Assembly: GCA_965116925.1 (NCBI GenBank)
Contig: OZ220744.1
Span: 2,304,001 to 2,368,000 of the forward strand
Source of the DNA: Candidatus Poribacteria bacterium
GTDB taxonomy: Bacteria; Poribacteria; WGA-4E; PCPOR2b
Direction of reading: 5' to 3'
Length of the DNA: 64,000 nucleotides
Part shown: in pieces, positions 1 to 9,027 of the stretch
Numbering within the stretch: the stretch's first letter is position 1
Layout of the letters: each line of letters opens with the position of its first letter
Notes under the pieces: generated by a model
Seen by the model: the letters and a program-made list of their open reading frames with translations, nothing else
The model's database searches: none
What the model was told of the DNA's origin: nothing
Made by a program: the position numbers and the translations under genes

Positions 1-181
1 ATTTTTGCCCGCACAAGATATTGTATGAAAGTTGCATATTCTACCAGATATATAGTAGGATAATATAAGATATTTCACCGGATTTGTCAATAAAAATTTA
101 CAGATGAAGCCTGATTTAGGGGGAGTTTGGCACTTTTTTTGATAATCTGAAGATTCATCTTACTCAACAACAACTAATATC

Positions 182-211
182 TTGCTAAGATCCCGTGATA
201 TAGGGTAAAAT
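182..211 (+). promoter_or_regulatory. Putative sigma70 promoter of lptF
   Basis: TTGCTA-18 nt-TAAAAT about 60 nt upstream of the lptF start. Confidence 0.35.
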
Positions 212-271
212 TAAGGCTAAATATCCTCTGCCTAAATAAAAGGCTGAATCGACGACCGGAGTTAAACAGGC

Positions 272-1489
272 TTGAAAATCTTAACGAGATACACCCTCAA
301 AGAATTTTTCCCTCCTTTTCTGCTAGCACTTATCTGCTTTACCTCCATTCTACTGTTGGAAGAGATCTTCAGGTTGACCAAGCTCTTCGTTAGCAAAGGT
401 GTGAGTCCCCTCTATCTGTTCCAATTATTGATTTATGTGCTGCCAGCGACGCTTGTTGTGACCATTCCGATGGCTACGCTCGTAGGGATTTTGCTTTCAC
501 TTGGCAGATTTTCGACGGATAATGAGATTACTGCCATGAAATCCCACGGTATTGGTTTCCATCAAATCCTTTTACCTCTGCTAGTTGTCTCTAGTTTACT
601 AAGCATTTTCGATTTCTTTTTTATGGATTATGCACTCCCTCGTGGTAATATTGCTTATGTTTCGTTGAAGCATGACATAAGTAGGCGGCACTCCGCCTTT
701 GTTCTTGAAGAGGGGGTGGTGATGAAAGAGTTAGAGCGCGAGGGGAAACTCTGGCTATATGAATCAACTCATCCGGAAACGGGACGTTTACAGGATGTGA
801 AGGTATGGGATTCAATATGGCCGGGGCAGCCACGTTTTGTGAATGCAAGGGAGGCTACAATCGGATTTAGGGATGGGCAGGCGTGGTTGACGCTTTATGA
901 TGGGTTTACTTATGAGCCGGTTGCCGATAGCGACAACGGTTTTCGGGTAACCACTTTTGCGGAAGATCAGATCGCCCTTGACTTTACGGAAACGTTAGAA
1001 CGGACAGAGTATGAATCTAAGAGTACCCGAAACATGCCGCTTGCCAAGCTGAAAACCCATATCGGCCAACTTCAGGATCGTGTGACCGAAAAACAGTCGA
1101 AACCTCGTTTGGATAAATTGCGATATGCACAGGTTGAATATCACAAGAAGTTTTCGATCCCGTTTGCCTGTTTTGTTTTCGGTTTAATTGGTGTGCCGCT
1201 TGGCTTGGTTGTCAAGCGAAGTGGCAAGATGGTCGGTTTCGGTATCGGACTTGGGCTTGTGCTTGTATACTACTTGCTGCTACAGGTTGGACAGGATACA
1301 GGGCGAAGTGGTGTGCTTCCCCCCGGCTTCGCGGTTTGGCTGCCAAACCTCGTTATAGGGTTATTGGGTTTGGGGTTTGCGTTGCGAGTTATCTTGGAGG
1401 GCAAACTGGAGACGCAACAGAATCGAGAACAGAAACCGCCGTCTTCTTTTCAAGAGACAGAAGCGCAAGAGGTTGGAGAATCGGATTGA
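272..1489 (+). CDS. lptF: LPS export ABC transporter permease LptF (YjgP/YjgQ family)
   Basis: N-terminal ILTRYTLKE with 3 TM, 'DNEITAMKSHGIG', periplasmic domain, 'EYHKKFSIPFAC', 'AVWLPN'; paralogue lptG at 12524. Confidence 0.85.
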   Translation: MKILTRYTLKEFFPPFLLALICFTSILLLEEIFRLTKLFVSKGVSPLYLFQLLIYVLPATLVVTIPMATLVGILLSLGRFSTDNEITAMKSHGIGFHQILLPLLVVSSLLSIFDFFFMDYALPRGNIAYVSLKHDISRRHSAFVLEEGVVMKELEREGKLWLYESTHPETGRLQDVKVWDSIWPGQPRFVNAREATIGFRDGQAWLTLYDGFTYEPVADSDNGFRVTTFAEDQIALDFTETLERTEYESKSTRNMPLAKLKTHIGQLQDRVTEKQSKPRLDKLRYAQVEYHKKFSIPFACFVFGLIGVPLGLVVKRSGKMVGFGIGLGLVLVYYLLLQVGQDTGRSGVLPPGFAVWLPNLVIGLLGLGFALRVILEGKLETQQNREQKPPSSFQETEAQEVGESD

Positions 1490-1503
1490 TAGAGTGGGTC
1501 GAT

Positions 1504-1610
1504 TATAGTGAATTCAAAAAATAAATAGACACTTGCGCCCCCATGTTTGGTAGGCGCTGTTTCCAACTGCGCCGATTTGGCGTGTTTCATTAATTCTGAG
1601 ATTTGCTATA
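1504..1610 (+). mobile_element. MITE-like repeat family A (TATAGTGAATTC...AATTCT..CTATA) with internal GTAG REP-like hairpin
   Basis: Near-identical to 14563-14669; inverted/variant copies at 37723, 37810, 45946, 48205, 51446; TA-terminated inverted ends. Confidence 0.7.
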
Positions 1611-1717
1611 CTTTTAGGATTTACACAGCTGAACACTCAGACCCTCCGTTCCGATCCCGTTTCGAGGACTCCGATAAATCGGGACGTGAAAATGGGAAAA
1701 GGTTCGTTGGTTCGTTT

Positions 1718-1790
1718 AGCCCCAGCGGGGCGACATGTCTATAGCCGGGCGATAGGTGCCTTCTCCCAAGCCCCAGCGGGGTGACATGTG
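1718..1790 (+). repeat. Two 27-nt palindromic repeats (AGCCCCAGCGGGGCGACATGTCTATAG) separated by a 24-nt spacer
   Basis: Repeats at 1718-1744 and 1769-~1790 (3' degenerate); same family at 3523-3678. Confidence 0.75.
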
Positions 1791-1873
1791 TCGCATTGGG
1801 TTATGTAGGATATATTGAGCAAACCACAATTTGTTGTTCACCAATCCTAATCCACAGCAATTGGAGATTAAAT

Positions 1874-3445
1874 TTGAGTACAATCCAGAGCGGTATTGAA
1901 AAACGATTATGGTCGATAGCGGATGAATTGAGAGCAAACTCCAATCTCAAAGGATCTGAGTATTCAACACCCGTACTCGGGCTGATATTCTTGCGGTATG
2001 CGGACCATAAATTCACACAGGCGGAGAAGGAGATCGGCGAAACAACCTCCACCAGCAGAAGGCGCGGTAGAAGCACAGATCAGCGGGCAGCATATCAAGC
2101 GCGAGGTGTGCCCTACCTTCTTGAGAAAGCCCGATTCCAGTATCTGTTGAATCTGCCGGAGAGCGGGGACATTGCACAGGCTATCACCGATGCGATGCGG
2201 GCGATTGAGGCGGAAAACAGACAGCTGCTTGATGGGGTCTTGCCCAAGACCTACAACCGACTCGAAAAGAGTGTCCTCATTGAACTGCTCCGTGCTATGG
2301 CACAGATTCCGATGGACATCGAAGGCGATGCCTTTGGCAAGATCTACGAGTATTTCTTGGGTAACTTTGCTATGGCGGAAGGGCAACGGGGCGGTGAGTT
2401 CTTCACACCTACCTCTCTGGTAAAGTTGATTGTCGAGATTCTCCAGCCGTTTCAAGGGCGAATCCTGGACCCGGCGTGCGGCTCTGGCGGTATGTTCGTC
2501 CAGAGTGCTGAGTTTGTTGATAACCATAGGACAAATGAAAAGGATCAGATCAGCATTCACGGAACGGAGCGGGTCGCAGAGACAATCCGACTCTGCAAGA
2601 TGAACCTCGCTGTGCACGGACTGGAAGGCGATATCCGGCAAGCGAACAGCTACTACGAAGACCCGCATCGGTGCTTGGATCAGTTCGACTTCGTGATGGC
2701 AAATCCGCCGTTTAATGTGGATCGGGTGGACAGGGAACGGATTAAGGATGCCCCGCGATTCCCGTTCGGGATGCCCCGCGTAGATAACGCCAACTATCTC
2801 TGGATCCAGCTATTCTACAGCGCACTAAACGACTCCGGACGAGCAGGGTTTGTGATGGCGAACTCCGCCGCCGATGCCCGCGCTTCTGAGTTAGAGATCC
2901 GCAGGCAGATTATCGAATCCCGCGCGGTTGATGTGATGGTGAGTATCTCATCCAATTTCTTCTATACCGTTACGCTGCCCTGCACCCTCTGGTTCTTCGA
3001 CAAGTCCAAAGGGGAGAGCGAACGGGGGGATAAGGTGCTCTTCATTGATGCCCGGCATATCTACCAGCAGATTGATCGGGCGCACCGGGAGTTCACACCA
3101 CAGCAGATTGAGTTCTTGTCCAACATTGCGAGGTTGTATCGGGGCGAATCCCCTGAAAACCAGCACGACAGCGCGGATATGATGGCGTCGAAATTCCCCG
3201 ATGGCGTGTATGTTGATGTGCCGGGGCTCTGTAAGGTGGCTACAGTGGCAGAAATCGAGGCGCAGGGGTGGAGTCTTAATCCGGGGCGGTATGTCGGGGT
3301 TGCAGAGCGGGAGGAAGATACGTTTGACTTCGCGGAACGGTTAGGAGAACTTAACGAGGAGTTGGAAGTCTTGAACGCTGAGGCGCGTCAGTTGGAAGAA
3401 CGGATTGGGGAGAATGTGGCGATGATTTTGGAAGATATGGTATGA
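1874..3445 (+). CDS. hsdM: Type I R-M methyltransferase subunit M
   Basis: 'GEFFTP', motif I 'DPACGSGG', motif IV 'NPPF'; likely TTG start at 1874 after GGAG (the ORF track extends into the repeats). Confidence 0.95.
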   Translation: MSTIQSGIEKRLWSIADELRANSNLKGSEYSTPVLGLIFLRYADHKFTQAEKEIGETTSTSRRRGRSTDQRAAYQARGVPYLLEKARFQYLLNLPESGDIAQAITDAMRAIEAENRQLLDGVLPKTYNRLEKSVLIELLRAMAQIPMDIEGDAFGKIYEYFLGNFAMAEGQRGGEFFTPTSLVKLIVEILQPFQGRILDPACGSGGMFVQSAEFVDNHRTNEKDQISIHGTERVAETIRLCKMNLAVHGLEGDIRQANSYYEDPHRCLDQFDFVMANPPFNVDRVDRERIKDAPRFPFGMPRVDNANYLWIQLFYSALNDSGRAGFVMANSAADARASELEIRRQIIESRAVDVMVSISSNFFYTVTLPCTLWFFDKSKGESERGDKVLFIDARHIYQQIDRAHREFTPQQIEFLSNIARLYRGESPENQHDSADMMASKFPDGVYVDVPGLCKVATVAEIEAQGWSLNPGRYVGVAEREEDTFDFAERLGELNEELEVLNAEARQLEERIGENVAMILEDMV

Positions 3446-3465
3446 TAACCCAAGTTGCCACACGT

Positions 3466-3519
3466 GTAGGTTAGGCATCTTGCCTGCTGCTATCCGTAGG
3501 TCGGGCATCTTGCCCGACC
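3466..3519 (+). repeat. Tandem GTAG REP-like hairpins
   Basis: GTAGGTTAGGCATCTTGCCTG and GTAGGTCGGGCATCTTGCCCGACC; inverted relatives at 39468-39531. Confidence 0.65.
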
Positions 3520-3522
3520 TAT

Positions 3523-3678
3523 AGCACCAGAGGTGCGCCATGTGTATAGACAACGGGCATCCAAGTAATCTAAAGCCCCAGTTGCTTTGAATCCCGATCC
3601 TATCGGGGCGGGGCGACATGTCTATAGTACATAGATAAACAAATATCCGAAAGCCCCAGCGGGGCGACATGTGTATAG
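3523..3678 (+). repeat. Three 27-nt palindromic repeats with two 24-nt unique spacers; middle repeat interrupted by a 27-nt hairpin insertion
   Basis: Repeats 3523-3549, 3574-3627 (insert 3582-3608), 3652-3678; spacers 3550-3573 and 3628-3651. Confidence 0.75.
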
Positions 3679-3755
3679 TATAAGGTGTCCGCAGATAAAA
3701 TCGTCAAGTGGAATACAAAAAGCGTTGTTTCTGCCATTAGGGAGGCTTCACGCAC

Positions 3756-4208
3756 ATGGACGAAAAACAGGAGTTAATAGAAATCTACAAGCTCCACGCA
3801 GGCCTTGCCGACAGCGTCAGCAGGCAACGAGGCACAACAAACCGTTTTTATATTTTAGTCATGTCAGGACTATCTGTGCTCTTCTTGGCACTATTACAAT
3901 TCCGAAATGGCGTGCCGCTTGGCGGCCTGATGATAGGTTTCGGGCTATTGGGCACATCACTCGCAGTCGCTTGGTACATCCACATCCGTTCCTATCGCCA
4001 GCTAAATTCGGGTAAATTTAAACCCCTACATGAGTTAGAAGAGAAGCTCGCTTACCCTTTTTTCAAGCGGGAATGGGAACTACTCGAAGAAGGAGAGAAC
4101 CCGAACAAATATTGGAAGTTGACTGTTGTTGAAACCTTTGTTCCCATCATCTTTTTCCTTCTCTTTGCGGCGGTGTTGTTTATCGGGAGTTACCTATTGC
4201 TGCGATGA
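3756..4208 (+). CDS. Small 3-TM membrane protein, resembles the 'RipA/octameric membrane protein'-type family
   Basis: 'EIYKL..LADSVS.QR..TNRFY', 'WY..IRSYRQLNSGKF..LHELEEKL', 'LTVVETFVP'; good SD GGAGG; family name recalled, not searched. Confidence 0.6.
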   Translation: MDEKQELIEIYKLHAGLADSVSRQRGTTNRFYILVMSGLSVLFLALLQFRNGVPLGGLMIGFGLLGTSLAVAWYIHIRSYRQLNSGKFKPLHELEEKLAYPFFKREWELLEEGENPNKYWKLTVVETFVPIIFFLLFAAVLFIGSYLLLR

Positions 4209-4217
4209 AATTCCATT

Positions 4218-4271
4218 GTCAGAATCAGGATTCTCCAGATGAAAGGATTTTCAGGATTATCAGAATCTGAC
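4218..4271. repeat. GTCAGAATC...TCTGAC short inverted-end element with AGGATT ~9-mer subrepeats
   Basis: First ~38 nt nearly identical to 5487-5527. Confidence 0.6.
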
Positions 4272-4299
4272 ATTATTATGATAACAAGGGTATGAAATT

Positions 4300-5487
4300 A
4301 TGTTTACAAAGTTAGCAGCTGACATCACCTTTTCAGATATCGAAGATTTTTGTCGGGAGTTTGGCGAAGGTGTACGAGTGGAATACAAGCAGGAGATTCA
4401 GCATATCCCCAAAATCGTGTCCTCCTTTGCCAATACATTGGGCGGGATTTTCATTATTGGTGCGGAGACCGATGAAAACAATAAAGTCAAATTTCCCATT
4501 CAGGGTATACCTAATAGAGGTAGAATTGAAGAACAAATCCAGGAGAGCGCGCTCAATGGCATTTATCCAGCAGTAATACCTGAAGTGATAATCTGCGATG
4601 TTCCGAACACTAACAATGTAGTTGTCATAATCCGTGTTGATGAGAGCGTAGAAGCTCCCCATGCGATTCAAAATTCTACGAGAGTGTATATCCGTATAGG
4701 TAGTATCACACAACCGTATAAACTTGAACTAGCAGAGATTGACCGGATTGAATATATGTTGAAACGCCGTGGGGATTCACAGGTAACTGCTCGACAAATT
4801 TTTAATCGTGCTGAGGAAAGGACAGAATCCCTTTTTGCGACAAATAGGCCGAATATTACAGCGATTACCCGTCCAGTATTTCCCTATCGTCCTCTCATCG
4901 CAACAGAAAAAATTCGTGACTTTGCAAGACATACAGGATTTATCAACAATCCAACGGGAGCGAGAGCTGCCGGGGGTATGGTTGATGTTACAAGAGGGGA
5001 CATAGGTCTATATGATTACTGGGAATATAACGAATATGGGATTGCTTATCGTAGGAAATCATTAGATAGTAGTTTTATTGGTTCAGAGGAAGAATATCTT
5101 GACTTTTGGGAATGTGTTGCGATGATTGGAAGGTTTATTGATAGAGCACGATATTTTTACAAGGAATGTGCGTATTTAGGGGCTATTGAGATTGCAGTGC
5201 AATTGCGACACATTTTTGACAAAAAACTTTCGTTTCACAGAATAGTGGAACAATTGCCCGGTGTCAGATGGACAGGTGCTGATACGACGGAACAACGGTG
5301 CATTGATTCAGAAATTAGAATTTCTACGCAACGTCTTGCACATTGTCTTGAGGGAGAAGAATTCATAAACGTTCTTGATGAATTGACGAGCCAACTGCTC
5401 TGGGCGTTTAATGTTGATGCTACAGATATGGAGAGGGAGAAGGTAATACAATTTATTTTAGGGGGAGAGTGGGGTTGGCGTCAATAG
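4300..5487 (+). CDS. Schlafen/AlbA_2 domain protein with uncharacterised C-terminal domain
   Basis: 'EGVRVEYK' (ExxxxExK), 'VSSFANTLGGIFIIG', 'PHAI...VYIRIGS'. Confidence 0.85.
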   Translation: MFTKLAADITFSDIEDFCREFGEGVRVEYKQEIQHIPKIVSSFANTLGGIFIIGAETDENNKVKFPIQGIPNRGRIEEQIQESALNGIYPAVIPEVIICDVPNTNNVVVIIRVDESVEAPHAIQNSTRVYIRIGSITQPYKLELAEIDRIEYMLKRRGDSQVTARQIFNRAEERTESLFATNRPNITAITRPVFPYRPLIATEKIRDFARHTGFINNPTGARAAGGMVDVTRGDIGLYDYWEYNEYGIAYRRKSLDSSFIGSEEEYLDFWECVAMIGRFIDRARYFYKECAYLGAIEIAVQLRHIFDKKLSFHRIVEQLPGVRWTGADTTEQRCIDSEIRISTQRLAHCLEGEEFINVLDELTSQLLWAFNVDATDMEREKVIQFILGGEWGWRQ

Positions 5488-5581
5488 TCAGAATCAGGAT
5501 TCTCAAGATTGAAGGATTTTCAGGATAGCATGTGGCAGCGGATAGAGTTAATCCTGTAAATCCTAAAATCCAGATTCAGAC
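5487..5581. repeat. GTCAGAATC...GATTCAGAC inverted-end element with AGGATT/AATCCT subrepeats
   Basis: Imperfect terminal inverted repeats; same family as 4218-4271. Confidence 0.6.
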
Positions 5582-5710
5582 AGAATGTGGCGATGATTTT
5601 CAAGGATAGGGTATAATAAGGTATTAGGAAAAACGGAAAAAGTGAAGTGTCTGATCAAATGAACGCGCCCGCAACAAAATCGGGCACATTTCTCCAAAAA
5701 GGATTTGATA

Positions 5711-6838
5711 ATGTCTGATGAAACGAAACCGGATCAATTACCAGAGACCGAAGACAAAACTACTGATCTGCTTGACGCTGCCACCGATTTCCTAGTAGAT
5801 TCAGCCATTCCCGTGCCATTCTGGAAAAACGTCGCTAAAGCTTTGCGCCAATTGTCCACTGCTGCAGTTGAGTGGCCTGCTGCGTATTTTGAAGGGAAAG
5901 CTGCTGAAATTCGAGCAGGAACGAAAGCACGTATTCAAATTACTGAGAATATTACGGATCAAATGACCGAACAAATAAAGGTACCCCCGGAATATGCACA
6001 GAGAGCAGTAAAGCAATACGGGGAAAAAATACTCCGAGAGCAGAGCAACCTTGATAAGATCTGTGCTATCGCTGTAAATTTACTTAAGAAAGAAAAATCT
6101 GCGAGTTCAACGGATCAGAGCGCAGACCACGGTGAGGAAGGGACCATTAACGATGATTGGCTGAACGGTTTTGAGGAGGAAGCAAGACAAAAAAGCACCG
6201 AAGAGATGCAACTTCTTTTTGGACGCATCCTAGCGGGTGAAATTAGTCAACCGGGTTCGTATTCAATCCGGGCGGTCAAAACCCTCAGTCAATTGGATCA
6301 AAAAGTTGCATTCTTGTTCAAAAAATTATGTTCGATGTGTGTAGCTTTGAGAGATCCATTTCATGAGTTTGTTATTGATGCTAGGGTTTGCTCTCTAGGC
6401 GGAGACGCTAATGCAAATGCCCTCATAAAATATGGCTTAATTTTTCACGAGCTCAATATATTAAACGAGTATGGCCTGATTATTTCAGAATACCACTCCT
6501 CGCATAGCTACTACGATCCTATACAAAATAAGAATACCCAACGCTGTTTGCCATTCTGGTATCAGGGACGATATTGGGGGTTATGTCCTTTGCCAGGGTG
6601 GAAGGAAGAGAATCGGCATAAGTTTAGGTTGTGGGGCGTTGCTCTTTCTCGGACTGGGCGTGAATTACTCCGCGTAGTCGATCTAGAACCGGTGGACGAT
6701 ATACTGAAGGTCTTAAGGCCACGATACACTGAAGGCCTCAAGGAATTCTTTGGTGAGCATAACTTACGAATGGCTGAAGTCCAAGTCCGGCAGGAATTCT
6801 TTGGTGAACGTAAACTGACTCACTTTTATGTCCAATAA
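5711..6838 (+). CDS. DUF2806 domain-containing protein
   Basis: 'EQSNLDKI', 'DDWLNGF.EEA...STEEMQLLFGRILAGEI.QPGSYS.RA..TL'. Confidence 0.75.
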   Translation: MSDETKPDQLPETEDKTTDLLDAATDFLVDSAIPVPFWKNVAKALRQLSTAAVEWPAAYFEGKAAEIRAGTKARIQITENITDQMTEQIKVPPEYAQRAVKQYGEKILREQSNLDKICAIAVNLLKKEKSASSTDQSADHGEEGTINDDWLNGFEEEARQKSTEEMQLLFGRILAGEISQPGSYSIRAVKTLSQLDQKVAFLFKKLCSMCVALRDPFHEFVIDARVCSLGGDANANALIKYGLIFHELNILNEYGLIISEYHSSHSYYDPIQNKNTQRCLPFWYQGRYWGLCPLPGWKEENRHKFRLWGVALSRTGRELLRVVDLEPVDDILKVLRPRYTEGLKEFFGEHNLRMAEVQVRQEFFGERKLTHFYVQ

Positions 6839-6854
6839 TTTTGGGGACACCAAT

Positions 6855-8102
6855 ATGAAAGACACAGTTCGATTTGGTGATTTCGTTGAGGTTAATCCAC
6901 GTGTCCGATTAGAGAAGGGCAAAGAATACCCGTATGTTGAAATGGCTGCAGTCATTCCAGGCAATGGATTTGTCGCACCTAATGAGAAGCGAGTCTACAA
7001 AGGTGGAGGTTCACGATTCCAATCGGGTGATATCCTTTTTGCTCGTATTACCCCCTGTTTAGAAAATGGAAAGATTGCTCAATTCAATTACACTGGTGAT
7101 CAACCTTGTTTTGGATCAACGGAGTTTTTCGTTTTTCGTGGCAAGCCTAATGTATCAGATTCAACCTATATTTCTTATTTAGCTGTTAGCAGTCTAATTC
7201 GAGATCCCGCTGAAAAAAGTATGACGGGTGCAACAGGGCGTCAACGAGCCATTTTGTCAGCAGTTGAAGATATTTGTGTTCCAGTTGTTCCTCTCCCCAC
7301 CCAACGCAAAATCGCCGCAGTCCTCAGTGCCTACGACGACCTCATTGAGAACAACACCCGCCGCATCGAAATCCTTGAGGAGATGGCGAAAGCAATCTAC
7401 CGAGAATGGTTTGTCGAATTCCGCTTTCCGGGACATGAGCAGGTGCCGATGGTGGAGTCGGAGTTGGGCTTGATACCGGAGGGGTGGGAGGTTAAACAGC
7501 TTGGTGATGTCACCTCGGTTATCACTAAAGGCACAACTCCTACGACTTTAGGTAAACAGTTTACTAGTGAGGGAATAAACTTCATCAAAGTTCAATCTAT
7601 AGATGAGCAAGGGGATATTTTAGATAGCAAGCTCGCCAAGATAGATAATAAAACCCACGAGTTGCTCAAGAGGTCTCAATTACAAGAGAATGATATTTTG
7701 TTTTCTATTGCCGGGGCAATTGGACGTGTAGCTACTGTTCCCAGAAGATTTTTGCCAGCAAATACTAATCAAGCTCTCGCAATAATACGATCATCAGACC
7801 TATTTGTTACATCATACCTCTACCGAACTCTGCGTTCTTGGGAATTTCTTAACTATAGTCTTGAGCGTGTCGTTCAAACAGCACAAGCAAATGTGAGTCT
7901 ATCTGTTTTATCATCTGCCCCTGTTATCATGCCAACGAAGATAGTACTTGACGATTTTAATAAGCATCTGACTCCAATTACCAGCCTCGCTGATATGCTT
8001 AGAGAAAAAAACGCCAACCTCCGCCAAACCCGAGATCTACTGCTCCCGAAACTGATTTCAGGGGAGATAGACGTATCCAAACTTGATATTGACACCGACT
8101 GA
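6855..8102 (+). CDS. hsdS: Type I R-M specificity subunit S
   Basis: Two TRDs with conserved 'LPTQRKIAAVLSAYDDLIENN..RI.ILEEMA..IYREWFV.FRFPG', 'IPEGWEV', 'RDLLLPKLISGEID'; alternative start 6828. Confidence 0.95.
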   Translation: MKDTVRFGDFVEVNPRVRLEKGKEYPYVEMAAVIPGNGFVAPNEKRVYKGGGSRFQSGDILFARITPCLENGKIAQFNYTGDQPCFGSTEFFVFRGKPNVSDSTYISYLAVSSLIRDPAEKSMTGATGRQRAILSAVEDICVPVVPLPTQRKIAAVLSAYDDLIENNTRRIEILEEMAKAIYREWFVEFRFPGHEQVPMVESELGLIPEGWEVKQLGDVTSVITKGTTPTTLGKQFTSEGINFIKVQSIDEQGDILDSKLAKIDNKTHELLKRSQLQENDILFSIAGAIGRVATVPRRFLPANTNQALAIIRSSDLFVTSYLYRTLRSWEFLNYSLERVVQTAQANVSLSVLSSAPVIMPTKIVLDDFNKHLTPITSLADMLREKNANLRQTRDLLLPKLISGEIDVSKLDIDTD

Positions 8103-8130
8103 TACGATACCCCAAAAGGAGAATAAACCC

Positions 8131-8358
8131 ATGCAACCCGGCCCCCTGCAACAATGGACAGATCGAATTGTTATTGACGAAGCAGTTCTGACTGGAAAGC
8201 CTGTTATCAAAGGCACCCGTTTAGCCGTTATGTTTATTCTTGAATTGCTAGAACGTGGTTGGAGCGAGGCAGAGGTTCTCGATAATTATCCCGGTATTGA
8301 ACGTGAAGACATTGCCGCATGTCTTGCGTATCAAAAGAAGATAAAAGGAAGTGATTGA
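8131..8358 (+). CDS. DUF433 family putative antitoxin
   Basis: 'RIVID..VLTGKPVIKGTRL.V..ILELL..GWS..EVL..YP.I..EDI.ACLAY'; SD AGGAG before ATG 8131. Confidence 0.85.
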   Translation: MQPGPLQQWTDRIVIDEAVLTGKPVIKGTRLAVMFILELLERGWSEAEVLDNYPGIEREDIAACLAYQKKIKGSD

Positions 8359-8359
8359 A

Positions 8360-8617
8360 ATGAATTTAACCGTTGAATTAACAACCGATCAAGTCGTTGG
8401 TTTTGTCCAACAGATGCCGCCAGAGGAGAGGCGGACACTACTGCTTGCAATTGCAGAACAGGCAGCAGCCAATCGAGAGGCACGTATAGACCATGCTGAA
8501 GCGCAGTTTCGGCAGTTATGCACAGATCGGGGGTTGGATTGGGATGCGATGACCGAAGCAGAGCGTGAAAATTTTGTTGATGACCTCATCCACGAGGACC
8601 GCGAATGCGACCGATAG
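8360..8617 (+). CDS. Small acidic protein, probable antitoxin of the downstream PIN toxin
   Basis: 85 aa, overlaps the PIN gene; positional inference. Confidence 0.5.
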   Translation: MNLTVELTTDQVVGFVQQMPPEERRTLLLAIAEQAAANREARIDHAEAQFRQLCTDRGLDWDAMTEAERENFVDDLIHEDRECDR

Positions 8618-9018
8618 CCGTTTACGATACAAACATTCTGTTGTCGGGCGTCGGTTGGAGGGGCAGCCCTCATCGCTGTCTTGAACTGGCGCGACAGGGC
8701 AGCGTTGAAGGATTGACCTGTTCTGAAATACTGGATGAATTGGCAGAAAAACTAACGACTAAACTCAAATTTTCGATCTCCGAAACTACAGATATCATCG
8801 CAGATCTCCTCGGTTTCTTACGGATAATCAAGATTACTAACACACTCAAAGCCATCCCCACCGATTCCGAAGACGACAAAATAATTGAATGTGCTGTTGT
8901 GGGATCGGCGACCCATATCGTGACCGGTGATCGCCGTCATTTGTTGCCACTCGATAGTTATCAAGGGATTCTTATCGTGACAGCCGCAGACTTTCTTGTA
9001 CAGTGTTCAGTTAATTAA
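8605..9018 (+). CDS. PIN-domain toxin (PIN_3-like)
   Basis: 'AVYDTNILLS', 'EILDEL', 'DSEDDKIIECAV', 'IVTGDRRHLL'. Confidence 0.9.
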   Translation: MRPIAVYDTNILLSGVGWRGSPHRCLELARQGSVEGLTCSEILDELAEKLTTKLKFSISETTDIIADLLGFLRIIKITNTLKAIPTDSEDDKIIECAVVGSATHIVTGDRRHLLPLDSYQGILIVTAADFLVQCSVN

Positions 9019-9027
9019 CGGTGAATC

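Noticed and set aside
1781..1873. N-terminal extension of HsdM in the ORF track
   Set aside because: Starts inside a repeat; a better SD and TTG start lie at 1874
1718..3678. Bona fide CRISPR array
   Set aside because: Only 2+3 repeats, degenerate copies, short 24-nt spacers, no cas genes or leader in the window; kept as a repeat finding instead
4218..5581. Integron attC sites
   Set aside because: No RYYYAAC/GTTRRRY core boxes and no integron integrase; ends are GTC(A/T)GA-type inverted repeats
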